A DNA stretch of 61,458 nucleotides, filler included, from Hausera hauseri (GCA_046269625.1; 10 parts of 10 records of this genome joined end to end with filler, not necessarily neighbours in it), one strand, 5' to 3'. Counted from the first letter of the whole stretch, positions 25,167 through 38,947 are shown. Program-made: numbers and translations. Notes: a model not told the origin generated them from the sequence alone.

Positions 25167-28134
25167 CAGGGACTGGCAGACGAAATTTCAAAGTCTTATC
25201 AAATTGACATTTTCGCAATTGTTTCTAATTCATCCTCGTTTGAGATAATGGGTCGTATGTATGGATGGCGCATTCTTTCTTATTGGAGCGGCAAGTCATC
25301 GCCAATGGACGCGCTTGAGGTTGGACTTTCGCTCAGCTCAGTCCAATTTAACGCCAGTAACCCAGTCATAAATCAGTTTATGAAGCGATGGAGGTTGCAA
25401 GAAGTCTAAGGCAGGAAGACCCGAAGTAACCACAGAGTCTTCGACCGCAACATTATCCGTCTCAGCCGCTTCAACTCTCGTCTCACTGCGGCTGACATTG
25501 CGCGCCAGCTGTGACCCTGACGTCCTTAAACCCACTATCAGGCGTCGTCCCGTCACGAAGCCTAACATTTCCAAGAATAATCGAAAGGCAAAAGTTGAAT
25601 GGTCTAAGACGCACAATGACTGGTCACAGAAAGAGTGAAATGAGGTACTCTGGAGTATATATGTTGTTTGGCACGGACGGCACACAATGGATTCGACGTC
25701 CATCGTATTGGTCTATACAGCGACTGTTTTTTCCCTTAGTGAATTTAATTTTGTAACATTGAATAACAGTACCAAAGTTCATTGGGAGAATAAGCCCACC
25801 CCAACAGGGGCCGTACTTCTTCCAATATTGCAAACAAAAATCATCGACAAGGACTTCGGACCTGATGTTTGCAACAGTACGAAAATTATACGCGTTAAAG
25901 CCAAAACAAAATCTGCGTTTGTATATTATTGAAAATTGTCACAAGTGGAATACTGGAACGTAAATACAAATTGCTAATTGAAAGAAATTATAGATGTTCG
26001 AAAAAACCGTAAACAACAAAAGACAGAATGCAGAATGAAAGTGAAAATTTTTAGAAAAATCTATGGGTAATTAATATTTCCGTAATTCCATAACATATAT
26101 AGTCTCTTTTATTTTAAAAATTTGTACACAAAAATAAAATAGGTCGGCTAAATCGATCGTATGACAATCTTCTGCACTTATTCGATATGCATTATTTGAG
26201 TCATTTTGGGCAATTATTTGTCAAGAGATAGATATCAGAGATTACACAGTCAATATTTAAATAATTATCTCAACAGCATTCCCTGATTTTGATGAATATT
26301 GATAATTTTCTCGTTGGTCGGGACTTTGAAAATTTCTATTTCGTAATATGTTTTCTTGAAAAATTACCAAAATTGATAGGAACTGAACGGTCGAACATTA
26401 AATTACAAGTCGATACTGATAACGCTGCATTGTAATGAAGTATAGTCGTCTGGAGATATTTTGAAATATCCTTCAAAGATGGGAACATAATTTTTAGAAC
26501 TGTATGACATCAATTAGTACTAATATTGCAGCCAAAAACAAACCATAGCAATAGCAATGACCGAATGTAGGCAATCATTCGAACATTGTATAAATCAATG
26601 AAATGATTCATTAACATTTTTGTAATTTTGAGTTGTATTAAATCATTTCCGGCTATGAATTGCAGTAGAAAAACCATATACTAGTAGACACTGTGTCTGC
26701 TTTGGTTAAGTATTGTTTATCCTTATTAAGAAGACTCATTTTCATTTTATGTTGTGTTTGTTAGTGGTTAATGTCAACAAGGTTGTTTGAATTATGACTA
26801 TTCTGAATATGTTGTCGTAGATATTCGATATTTGGTCTGGGGCTAATGGAGAATTATTCCCTTTCTATTTATAGTTTTTTGTTTGATCTTCAGCAGTTAA
26901 TTCGTCAATATTGAACATTTTGGAATTAGTTTCTGTTTTCGTTTTGTATTCATCACTTGATGTTTCATTTGATTCTGATGTCATAACGTTTCCGGTTTCT
27001 CTCGTCGATGAACTTTGCTGGAAATTTCCTCGTTTGAAAATAATGGCACTGATCTTGAACAATACCGGCTGCAACTGCTGATTCCGATTTTTAATTGTAT
27101 CATTAGTAGTTATAAAACTACTAGTATGGGCCGGCGCATACTAGAAGTTTTATAACAACTATCATTTTTCCAAAACGTTCATGGCTTTGGCATAATTTGG
27201 CAAGTTTATTCGGATTTCGGATAAGGTCTTTTTGCAAAATTGGACAATCCCAAACAAGAAGGGAACTGGCAGGAAGAAGTCGGGGCGAACGGCACACCGA
27301 ACAACGGCACCGAATTGTTAACCGGTTGCCGTCAGTAGTGGCGACGCCATAACTGCAGTACCACACGTCAGGCACTCGATATAATCCGAAGTACCAAATT
27401 CCGACGATGAAACATGGGGGTGACTCCATCATGGTATGGGGCTGTGCTTCCAGCCGCAGTATTGGCCTCCTCGGGCATATCCAGGAAATTGTGGATTATT
27501 TTCTCTACGTGGACGTTCTTCAGAACACCGTGCTCCAATATTTGCTACATTTCCTCGGTTGTGGTTTCTTGTTCCAGCAGGATAATGATCCAAAACATTG
27601 CTCGAAGCACATCCAGGACTTGTACTCCCGTCACTGCGTGACTCGCCTTGATTGGCCATCGCAATCTTCGGACCTTAGCATCATCGAAGAACTCTAGGTC
27701 GATCCAGAGCGTCGTTTGGTATGGTGAAATGCGAAGAATTTCGAGGAAAAGTTTGCCAAATTGGAGGAAGAATAGAACAAGATACCCATTGATATCCTCT
27801 CAGACTCAGTGTCTCGTAGATACTAGTGTGTTATTGATGACAAGGGCTATGCCACAAAGTATTGATTGTTCTTAATAGAATTTAACTGATCGCCGTTGTT
27901 TTGATAGCTCACTATGTTTTGACTAAACTGTAAATGTGTTGTCTCTTTTTTGCAATTTGTCTGTAATAATAAATTTGATTATAACTAAGTTGAAACTTGG
28001 CTAAACGTCATGAACGGTTAATATGCCATGTGAAATTCCTCACACAGATTCTTTCAAAAATTGCCGAAAAATTCTAAAAAGCAGCATAGTTACAGCCAAA
28101 AAGCCAAAAGTTAATAGAATTTTGTTTGGTACTA
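25167..28134 (+). mobile_element. Tc1-like element split by a ~1.66-kb insertion (N-half ~25250-25704; C-half 27370-27865)
   Basis: ...KPNISKNNRKAKVEW...LFGTDGTQWIRRPS joins GTRYNPKYQIPTMKHGGDSIMVWGC...FQQDNDPKH...WPSQSSDLSIIE; degenerate TIRs at ~25167 and ~28117-28134. Confidence 0.85.
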
Positions 28135-30341
28135 TACATATAGTATTTAAATAGTGGATCCGTCATTCTATTGCCTTCGATTCTTCAGATTTTCATCCAC
28201 AGCACTTTCTGATTGTAGATGAAATGTACATGAATATTTTCATAGTTGGATGTTTGGCACCACAATGATAGTTCCTTTGTAAAAACCGTTTGTTAATATA
28301 AACTACATGTTCATTAAATATTAGGTAAATAGAGCACTCGAAACAGCTCTTTTAGCATGAGCTGAGCACGCAGTTAGATAAATATTTTTTCACAAAAAAT
28401 AATTATATTTATATTGACCGTAAAAAACAACTGTGAACTTTTTATAATTTTTCAAGTGAAACCATCCCTCCAACAAACCTGAAACCAAACACATTACAAT
28501 TCTCACAAATAACCTTTAAGGCTGTCTTCAAGATTGTCTTAAATGATAGTTGGTCACAACACTGTAATTTTTCATGTTCATCTGTTGAAAACAATACCTT
28601 TTGTTGTAACTTCGAATTATCAGAGATTACACTCCATTAAGAAATGACGTTTCCTGAATTATTGCCATTTACGAAAAGCGACTGAATAACATCCTCTACT
28701 ATCGAACAAAATGATTTTGCCATTTAAAATATTTTAAAGAACTCTGATCAAATCTAAAATTTCATAATTCGGTTGTTACGTCTGAAGAATCACATTGAAA
28801 AGCACATTGATTGAAGATACTTTCGACATTTGTCTGAACAGATTTTATTTTACGTAATTCGAATTTTTCACAGATTTTATTATCTGTCCAATAATCGATA
28901 ACTTGCAATGGGATATATGACATCGTGTGTGATATACGATATTCCATAGTTAAAAGATTGAATACTATATTCCATATGCTTGAATGATGATTGATGTATT
29001 AAGTAAAGAAGACTTTGCTCGGCAAAGTCGGAGGATCGAAGTCCTTGAGTTCATCTGCTTGGTTTTCCATCATAATTGAAATAAGTCCAAAGAGTTTTTA
29101 AAGTGTTTATTTATCCATNNNNNNNNNNNNNNNNNNNNNNNNNNNNNNNNNNNNNNNNNNNNTTAATTAATTAANNNNNNNNNNNNNNNNNNNNNNNNNN
29201 NNNNNNNNNNNNNNNNNNCTGTTTATTACTATATAGCGTCTAATAGTAGTATGTTTTAATGCCAACTTGCAATTTCTTTTAATAATTATTTTACAAGTTA
29301 CTGTAAAATATAGTTAAATCATAATTGGTAATTCTTAATTCCGTTATTAATTACTTCCTAAGTTTGGTGAACAATGTGTTATTGATTTATTACAACCGGT
29401 ATATATAATGTAAATGGCACACACACACATTGTATAGTGTAAGAAATTAAATCCTGTTTTGTATGTAACATTTATATACAACAGAACTACTTTGTTTTGC
29501 AATAGCAATGGTAGAATTAAAGGCATTACAAATAATCTTAAGAACATAGCGTTCATTTGACACGTTAAAACAAATTTCCAAACATTTCTCCAATCCATGT
29601 ATATTACATTATATCGTAGTCAACATATAAATGACTGTATTTTAATTCAATGCCACTTTTCTGAAGATGAATGAAATGCCAAAATCATGTTAGATAAAAA
29701 CATTTTTATTTAAAATGATGTATTATTTTATTCCATATTCAATGTTACAGATAGTATATTTTACAATTTTTGCAGTAAATTAATGTCAATATACAATAAA
29801 ATAAATATTTTCGGCGACAGTTTATGAGGCATTAAGGCAGATTTGATTTTTTTTCTCATATTCAAAATAATTTGCATATAATATTTGACAAAGATTTATC
29901 TACCTATTGATATAAAATTGTTTGACATTCTTGACTTTTAAATTTAGAGTGTAAAATTACAATTATACCATCCGGTGAATTATGTTTTTGACGAATTATT
30001 CAATAGTTATTTTCTATATTTTATTAAAAGTTTAAATTAAACTTGTAATAATAAAGACATCACTTGAAATTTATATATAAAATACATTTGATTAATTTTG
30101 TATTTGCGCAATTTTCATTGTCAACAACACTTAATTTAAGCAATATATTTCATGTTTGTACATTATGTTATTGACGAGTGTGAAAACTGACTCCAGAAAC
30201 ATCACTATAACATAATCAAAAGCTTTAAATGCTTCAAAATTGATCATTTAGTGGACAATATAGTTGAAAAAGAGATAAAAAAACTAAAAATTTAAAAAAT
30301 TACATATTTATTAACCAAATAAGAAATTTTATACATTAACA

Positions 30342-31748
30342 TCAAAATAAATTGCGTATGGATTGTACCTTCTGATGGCTCTCATTTAGAATATCAAAAT
30401 CGGAAAGAGCCTCCGAATAAAACGATTGCAATTCATTGAAAGTTTCAATGCATTCATTTCTCAATTCTGAACTAATTTCTTTCAGTGACTTTGAATTATG
30501 TTTTCGAAATTCACTATTTCGAATATCAATAAATAGTGCATTAATTTCCTGTGTAGTTTTCTTCACTAGTTCTTCTATAAAACACGAAACCTCTAGCATA
30601 TTTTCAATTTCCCAATATTGGTCATCATTATTTGAGTACCGAATTTTGGCCGCAGAATAAGAGCAAATTGCATTCTCTATTGCAATTTCAAAATACTGAT
30701 ATTTATGTTCATTAAGTAGGTTGACTGCATCATGAATGTTCAATGTTTTTTTCCAACGACCGTAGCTAAGAGTATCATTTATGGCACTTAAGATGCCCGG
30801 CCTTGACCTCCTAATATAGTCAATCATTTTAATTTGTAAAAGGTTAATATTCTTTTTTAATATCAAAGGATTTGATGATATTGAACAAGTAATGTTACAA
30901 TCATCAACAAAATTATTTTTGCATCGAAAACAAAACGGATAAGAGGACTTATTAGGATTCCGATTCATACACATTACTTTATCGCAATATGCGCAACTGA
31001 AACTCATTAAATTTTCATTTGTTTGCATTTCGGACCAAAGTTCGGAAAACATGTTGCTAATCACAAATATTCCTTTCATGTTTTTCATCAGTTCAGAAGA
31101 AAGAGCGTGAGATACATTACTAAGTTCTTGAGGATATTCTAGAACATGATTTAGCATAACAAAATTGATAGAGAGATCTCTTATCAAAGTTGCTACAATG
31201 AATAAATTTTCAATCTTTATACACCCGTTTATGCTACATTCGGACCTTAATATTGGCCGTTGATCATAAAATTTTTCTCCAACATCCTTCAATATGTCTC
31301 TCATTGCTTTGCATTCATTGTTTAATACGTATTGCTGAAATTCATAGATTTTGTTTCGAAAATTATTCCGACTTTGGTGACTATCTAATACATCAAACAC
31401 AGAAGAAGCATCACAAATATGCATGGTCATTGCTGTTAGATAAGCAAATTTCTCAAACGTCTTAATGACATTTCTTAAAATATTTTGACCTTTACTGTTC
31501 CAGAAGGCTGACACAAGATTCTCGCCTATTTCTCTATAGATCTTGCTACTGATACACTTATTATAATGATTAAATGTTGATATTGATTCAAATACCAATC
31601 TATCATAGGGACATGATACCTTTTCTTCAATCATTTTGTAAAAGCATTTCTCGCAAACTGAGTGTTTGCAAGGATACATAATGACATAATGCTTGGTATC
31701 ATATGTTTCAAAACAAATTCCACATTCATCATACGTAATATTCGACAT
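30342..31748 (-). CDS. Intronless RING-finger (C3HC4-like) protein, 468 aa, with a second Cys cluster and helical C-terminus
   Basis: CGIC...PCKHSVCEKC...CPYDR; uninterrupted ORF in AT-rich DNA; internal CAYC...C...CFRC. Confidence 0.85.
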   Translation of the reverse strand: MSNITYDECGICFETYDTKHYVIMYPCKHSVCEKCFYKMIEEKVSCPYDRLVFESISTFNHYNKCISSKIYREIGENLVSAFWNSKGQNILRNVIKTFEKFAYLTAMTMHICDASSVFDVLDSHQSRNNFRNKIYEFQQYVLNNECKAMRDILKDVGEKFYDQRPILRSECSINGCIKIENLFIVATLIRDLSINFVMLNHVLEYPQELSNVSHALSSELMKNMKGIFVISNMFSELWSEMQTNENLMSFSCAYCDKVMCMNRNPNKSSYPFCFRCKNNFVDDCNITCSISSNPLILKKNINLLQIKMIDYIRRSRPGILSAINDTLSYGRWKKTLNIHDAVNLLNEHKYQYFEIAIENAICSYSAAKIRYSNNDDQYWEIENMLEVSCFIEELVKKTTQEINALFIDIRNSEFRKHNSKSLKEISSELRNECIETFNELQSFYSEALSDFDILNESHQKVQSIRNLF

Positions 31749-34700
31749 GTATAAATCTGATATAGATCATATATATGCGTTGCTTAATGACAATGAATAT
31801 TTCTAATTATAATATTTTTTTATTTAATATTGGTCAACATTAATTACGATTTGTACTTGATTAGCCATCAGTATATAGTTCTTTGTGTTTCGCTAAATAA
31901 TAAAATATGAAAAATATACCATTACGTAACATTGTTTTGAAATAAAAGGAGAATCATTTGCAATTAATTTCCCTTCATTTAGGAATATTATCGGAATTTT
32001 TATCATATAAATTATTTTTGTTCCTATTCAGAAACTTATTTTATTATTGATTAAAAAGATACAGTAGTAAAACCAATATATCACTGATTAGTGATAATTT
32101 ACAATCGAAATATTGGACTTTTATCATGTTGGTACGTTTTGCTTATGTGATTCTCCGTTTTAACATTTTCTAATACAAATTTAACATAGTTAATTGCTTA
32201 ACGATATAATTTTTTCTAAATTTTAATGAAATCATGTGAATAAAATAATTAGAATGTGCATACATACAACTATTGTTTAAATCAATCAATTACTGAAGCA
32301 GAATTCTGCAAAGAAGAAAGTCATACATCACATATCATATCATAAAAACATGTATACAACAATATAAATTTAAACACAATCATTTTTGGAAATATGATTG
32401 ACACAAACAAGATGCAAGACAAAGTCAAGGATGAGGAAATGTTAGAAAATGGTAGAAAATCAAAATGGAATATTATAAATATTTGTAATTACAATTTAAA
32501 CGTTTTAGAAACAATTCATGTTTGATTGGATTGCGCAAAATTACGCTAAGAATGTTTTGGAAACCGGCAAATTTCCTGTCAACAATCAAGAATTTCTCAT
32601 GAAAGGATACATTAAAATAAAAATTTATCCCGATGGTGAAGATGTTGCTCAATATACTTATTTTGACCGTCTTTTTTCAAATTTGTAAAGAACCAAATGA
32701 TTGTCAATTAAATCTGTCACTATAAGAAAACATAGAGATTTCGTTATTAGACAAAATGGAGAAAGCGGTTGTTGGACAAAAACTTTTAACTAACCAACGA
32801 ATGGCTTGTTTTATGAGACCGATTGAAGATTGCAATATAGGAAGTGGTAATTTTAAATTTATATCACTCAAAAACTTCAACAATTATTTATCTGAAAATC
32901 ATAATAAAATGAAAATTCCATTCGAAATGATATATGAAGATAAAAGTGAAGTTGAGTAAGAAAATGCAGACATTATACGGATGCGAAAATGAAAACGTGA
33001 TATTCAACGTTCGATGAAACTGATTATTGGATATAATATTGAAGAGAGAAAATGTCTTTACGATTTATCCGAATATTTAAGCAAATAAATGACACATTCT
33101 TATTCAAATAAGCTATTGTCAGAATTAGATTTCACTTTATTTTTATTTTGTTGCTAAATTATTCAAACGATATCATCTTAATGTATTACATGAAAAATAC
33201 ACTTAGATGTATTGTCAAACAATCCATTGCTTGAAAAGTTAAAATTTCAAAAATTATTACGAATATATTTCCTGCGAGATATTGAGATTTATCATCGACA
33301 AGCCTAATCTCAATGTTTAGCAAGATATAGTAACAGCGTTAAATAAACTTTTCTAAAATATTTAAAAGTTTTTCAATGTGTTTTCAATACTTTTGAAAGT
33401 TGCACACTTGAATTGGAAAATGCTTGGAATTTTCTTTTAGTGTATTTATTAAATAAGTTTGTTACATTGGACAAAGGTTATAGTTTACATTCGTAAATTC
33501 ACTTCAAATACGTAGATTTAACAGTAAATTGATATAGTTTAGTTATGTTTTACATAGTTTGTGAAACAAGTTTATAGTTTATATTAAATTTATAGATGGT
33601 GTATAGAACATAATTTTAGAAAAGTTACATGCATTTACTGTACTATTTATTAATAATAATTTATTGTTAATACCGTGAATTCAATGCTCGGTGAAATAGG
33701 TAAATTGAGTAAAACTAATTCATTACATACGTATTTGCAAAATTCATTACCCAAAACTCATTTCATTGAACATTTTATTCAGTTTATTTCAACATACTTC
33801 ATGAAATAAAATCATGAGATTAGCATTAGATGTTCCTCTGTTTACAGCCTTTGACATACAGAACATTCGACGAAAACTTCAATCTTAATTTCACATTTCT
33901 TGAACATTATTAAATGTTATGTGATAAATATTTACAATGGATAATTTAATAAAAGTAATTCGATTGAAAACAATATCAATTTTTGGCACTATATCACTTT
34001 AAACAATCAAATAACAAATTTTTCTTTTGTGTCTGTTCCTATCTGTTTATTACTATATAGCGTCTAATAGTAGTATGTTTTAATGCCAACTTGCAATTTC
34101 TTTTAATAATTATTTTACACGTTACTGTAAAAAATAGCTAAATCATAATTGTTAATTATTAATTCCGTGATTAATTACTTCCTACGTTTGGTGAACAATG
34201 TGTTATTGATTTATTACAACCGGTATATATATATATATTGAAAATGGCACACACATACACATTGCATAGTGTAAGAAATTAAATCCTGTTTTATATGTAA
34301 AATTTATATGCAACAGTACTACTTTGTTTTGCAATAGCAATTGTAGAATTAAAGGCATTACAAATAATCTTAAGAACATCATTTTGCTTTGACACGTTAA
34401 AACAAATTTCCACACATTTCTCCAATCCCTATATATTACATTATATGGCTATCAACATATAAATGACTGCATTTTAATTCAGTGCCACTTTCCTGAAGAT
34501 GAATGATATGCCAAAATCATTCTAAATAAAAACATTTTTATTTAAAATGGTATATTATTTTATTCCAAATTCAATGTTACAGATAGCACACTTTACAATT
34601 TATGCAATAAATTAATGTCAATATACAATAAAATATTTTCGACTACAGTTTATGAGGCATTAAGGCAGATTTGATATTTTTCTCATATTCCAAATAATTT

Positions 34701-35149
34701 GCGTATAATTTTGACAAAGATTTATCTACCTATTGATATAAAATTGTTTGATATTTTTGACTTTTAAATTTAGACTGTAAAATTACATTTACACCATCCG
34801 TTGAATTATGTTTTAGATGAATTATTCAATAGTTATTTTCTATATTTTATTAAAAGTTTAAATTAAACTTGCAATGATAAAGAGATCAATTGAAATTTAT
34901 ATATAAAATGCATTTGATTAATTTGGTATTTTCTCGATTTTTATTGTCAAAAACAATTTACTTAAACAATATGTTTCATGATTAGTGCATTATGTTATTG
35001 ATCAATATGAAAAACTGACTCCACAAGCATCACGATAACATAAAGAAAAGCTTTAAATGCTTCAAAATTGATCATTTAGTGGACAAAAAGACTATAAAAT
35101 AAAAAACAAATACATTTATTAACATCATAAGAAATTTTATACATTAACG

Positions 35150-35895
35150 TCAAAATAAATTGCGTATGGATTGTATCTTCTGATGGCTCTCATTTAGAAT
35201 ATCAAAATCGGAAAGTGCTTCCGAATAAAACGATTGCAGTTCATTGAAAGTTTCAATGCATTCATTTCTCAATTCTGAACTAATTTCTTTCAATGACTTT
35301 GAATTACGTTTTCGAAATTTACTATTGCGAATATCAATAAATAGTGCATTAACTTCCTGTGTAGTTTTCTTTACTAGTTCTTCTATAAAACACGAAATCT
35401 CGAGCATATTTTCAATTTCCCAATATTGGTCATCATTATCTGAGTATCGAATTTTGGCCACAGAATAAGAGCAAATTGCATTCTCTATTGCAATTTAAAA
35501 ATACTGATATTTATGTTCATTAAGTAGATTGACTGCATCATAAATGTTCAATGTTTTCTTCCAACAACCGTGGCTACAAGTATCATTTACGGCACTTAAG
35601 ATGCCCGGCCTTGACCTCATAATATAGTCAATCATTTTAATTTGTAAAAGGTTAATATTCTTTTGTAATATCAAAGGATTTGATGATATTGAACAAGTAA
35701 TGTTACAATCATCAACAAAATTATTTTTGCATCGAAAACAAAACGGATAAGAGGACTTATTAGGATTCCCATTCATACACATTACTTTATCGCATTATGC
35801 GCAACTGAAACTCATTAAATTTTCATTTGTTTGCATTTCGGACCAAAGTTCGGAAAGCATGTTGCTAAACACAAATATTCCTTTCATGTTTTTCA
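35150..35895 (-). pseudogene. Truncated duplicate of the RING gene (3' half) with premature stops
   Basis: Near-identical to 30342-31087; GAA>TAA at ~35495 and TAT>TAA at ~35795; the 5' part is replaced by a satellite. Confidence 0.9.
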
Positions 35896-35897
35896 CA

Positions 35898-36127
35898 ATA
35901 GATTTTATATTTGTATGACTCATTACTTGTATAAATACTAGAGTTCAGTGAGCCGAGCCAGTAATGAGTCATACAAGTAATGAGTCATACAAATATAAAA
36001 TTTATATACTACTGAGCCGAGCCAGTAATGACTCATACAAATATAAAATCTATATACTACTGAGCCGAGCCAGTAATGACTCATACAAATATAAAATCTA
36101 TATACTACTGAGCCGAGCCAGTAATGA
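35898..36127. repeat. 48-bp tandem minisatellite with a preceding inverted partial unit
   Basis: Unit TGAGCCGAGCCAGTAATGACTCATACAAATATAAAATCTATATACTAC at 36013, 36061 and 36109 (partial), with a variant at ~35949; 35898-35927 is the reverse complement of part of the unit. Confidence 0.92.
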
Positions 36128-36884
36128 NNNNNNNNNNNNNNNNNNNNNNNNNNNNNNNNNNNNNNNNNNNNTTAATTAATTAANNNNNNNNNNNNNNNNN
36201 NNNNNNNNNNNNNNNNNNNNNNNNNNNACCACTAGACACTTTTGCCGGTTTCAAGCCGCGGAAGATTAAACTTGAGTTGGCAAAAAAAAAAAATATCTAC
36301 CCCAGAAGTGATCATTTCGGATAACAGAACTGACTTCGGATACGGCCTTTCAATACGACAATCGATGGAACCTTCTTCACTCTAGAACCAGTTTACAAAT
36401 CAGAATTTTCGATGTGAGAGGAGTATTTGAATCAAGTCACGCCACCAACAACGGCTGTTTGTTGTTGTGTGTTCAGTCTCCACATCGCCGAGCGTCTGCT
36501 CTTCTCGATGAGCCCTGATAAAGGCTGATGCAGTTCCAAGAAGGACTAAGGAGGAGACTAGCTGAGCTTTCCTGCTGTCCTGGTGGTGTCTAGGAGGTGG
36601 ACCAAGGTCCTCCAGGCTTTAGTGCTTCATAGAAGTGATCCATCAGTCAATTGCGACCATTTCGAGCCTTTCACCGCTAGCCGGCAGGTTTCCCTACCGT
36701 TTCCCGGAGACACGACTTGGACGTGTGAAGAGGATCTTGGCTGACACTGGATACCAGGGTCGGCTATCTATCGCTGCCCGAAGACTAACTGCGTTCTCAG
36801 CGGGTCTTTGTAAACTATGTTAGCCAGACTAATGCTAGCAACAATACAGTCATACATCTAATCCACCTGAACTGTTCTATTAGC

Positions 36885-37535
36885 CCATCATCATCCTCAT
36901 CAGTCCCATAACCAATAGTGGTCGTTGGGATACATTCAGTGACCCCCGAATGACCCTTCTCAATTCGTCTCGGTCCTTTGCAGTGTTCTGTGATGCGCTG
37001 TACGTCAGACCTGTCCATTCTTTCACATTATCCTCTCATCTTTTATTCTGTCGACCCTGTTTTCTCACCATTGCAAGATCTTTGTGTGGACCAATGGCTT
37101 GTTTTATTCTCTGTTTTCGCCATTTATGATGTGATCTTTGTAAGGTATTTCGAGGATTAGTCGATAAAATCTCATCTCTACGGTCTGGATTTTATGTTGC
37201 ATCTCTGCTCTTAGTGTGTATTTTTCACACACATACAGAAATATGGATATTACTAATGGGCGCATCAGTCCCATTTTCTTCTGAGTGACATTGTCGCATC
37301 GTATCATATGATTTTCAACCTTGTAATTGCTGTTGTTTCTTGCGCAATTCTAGATGTTATCTCTATGTTTGATCCTTCGTCTGTGATAATTGATCCTAGA
37401 TATTTGAAATTCGCAACTGCCTCAAGACTTTCTCCTTGTACTACAATGTTATTTTTCTTACTTGATTGTTGCTAGTCAATAGTTTAATTTTTTTTGCATT
37501 CATTACCATTCCGTATGCTTTGATGTTTGATCGAG
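36885..37535 (-). mobile_element. RTE-clade LINE, 3' fragment (RT C-terminus plus GAT microsatellite tail)
   Basis: FKYLGSIITDEGSNIEITSRIAQ...LVISIFLYVCE..TLRAEMQHKIQTVEMRFYRLILEIPYKDHI; ends in (GAT)n. Confidence 0.85.
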
Positions 37536-37767
37536 GCTTATCCCGTAACATTAATGAATGCCGTGGGAGAATGAAGTGTTAGTGTCTTCATTTTTCTAGG
37601 CTTCGGTTTCGTGAGTAGGACAGATACCACCTTTCTCGCATCATTTATTTCCCAGGTTTTTATCCTGGTATCCATTTCAGACTGGGTAAACTTGAGATCG
37701 GTGGCCAGAATTGAATCCGCGCCACCAGACTCAGTAACCGAGTGCATTAACCACCCGGCCACCGCAG
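37536..37767 (-). mobile_element. tRNA-derived SINE, family A copy 2
   Basis: The reverse complement matches the SINE at 38719-38947 along its whole length. Confidence 0.85.
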
Positions 37768-38718
37768 ACCACGAGGTTTGTAATAAGTCTTTTAAGTCTT
37801 CTCCATTGCTAGGCCAGAAATGTCATCGGCAAAACGTAAATTGGTTGTTGTTCTGCCAATAAGCTAATACTGTACAGAGTGCTTACGGTGAATTTTAATG
37901 TAGTTCGAAACAGTTTTAAAATCTATGTAACTTGTATAGTGCCATGCTACAGCCAACAACTCAGACGATGCTGCAAAATAAACATTTTACCGTCAACTAT
38001 TACATATAATCGACACATAGCCGAGAAAAGATATAACTGTGCTGGGTGAAATGAGCACTAAAGTGAGAAGTGATTGCACAGGAAGAGAAGAAACAATGCG
38101 AATAGAATAAAAATAGGGACATTCACAGAATTATGTAGCTTAAATGAGATGGTCTTATAAGGATCGTTGTTGCTGTATCGACACAGCTATCAGGTTACAC
38201 GAAATTTTCCTGATAGGACAACAGAAAACAGAATAGACCATACTGCGATAACACGAAAGTAAATAAGGAACTTGATTTTCAGTCACATTTAAAGCAGAAA
38301 GCGAAAACTGCCTGGATGTTATGGGAAGTGTCTTTAACACCAGTAGAGGTTGGCTGGGCTATATTTTAAAATTGTGTACTAGCAATCTTTGTTAGAAATA
38401 CACATTTCGTATGGTTACAATTTATTTCCTATATCGACATACCAATAAAGTAGTCTGTATCAGATAACACCAGAATAGTCACAGGTATTATGTACCAGCT
38501 CCACGGCCCTGGCGATTGGGAGACGGCTGACTGTCTGGGTGGATTTGTAATTGCAGTACTGGGCTTGACAATGGACCAAGCAGACATACATTATTATCCA
38601 ATAGCAGCAGGCGGGCGTCCTAACATTCGGTAAGAGGCACTTCAACATAGAACTAGTTGTCAGTCGTAGACACTTCGTGACTTTGAAAACTTCAAAACTG
38701 GATTTCTAATGACTAATG

Positions 38719-38947
38719 CTGCGGTGGTCGAGTGGTTAGTGCACTTGGCCTCTGAGTCTAGTGACGCGGGTTCAATTCCAGACCCCAGGTTCACCCAGCC
38801 TTAAAAGGGTACCAGGGTAAAACCTGGGAAATAAATGCGGCGAGAAAGGTGGTGGCGTCCCTACTCACAAAGCCGAAGCCTAGAAAAATGAAGGCACTAA
38901 CACTTCATTATCCTACGGCATATACCAATGCTATGGGAGTGGTTTTT
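38719..38947 (+). mobile_element. tRNA-derived SINE, family A copy 1, with 12-bp TSD
   Basis: A box TGGTCGAGTGG, B box GGTTCAATTCC; TSD TAATGACTAATG at 38707-38718 and 38948-38959. Confidence 0.9.

Larger units (their letters stand above)
29219..35895. repeat. Tandem segmental duplication, period ~4824 bp (29219-31087 matches 34043-35895)
   Basis: CTGTTTATTACTATATAGCGTCTAATAG at 29219 and 34043; similarity is continuous through the RING gene 3' half. Confidence 0.95.

Noticed and set aside
28140-29075. Minus-strand multi-exon host gene
   Set aside because: Short intron-like segments are visible, but I could not build a stop-free model or recognise a family.
29347-29598. Small ORF duplicated at 34203-34415
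   Set aside because: The similarity is explained by the segmental duplication; the start and end differ between copies and there is no coding signature.
32380-33950. Degraded CMC/EnSpm-like transposase (PKTHFIEHF resembles PK.H...HY)
   Set aside because: There is only one short motif among many stops, which is too weak to call.
35949-36127. CRISPR-like array
   Set aside because: The units are contiguous, near-identical 48-mers with no unique spacers, there are no cas genes, and the context is eukaryotic.
38719-38790. tRNA gene
   Set aside because: A and B boxes are present, but the sequence continues into a SINE body, has a TSD, and has a second diverged copy at 37536-37767.
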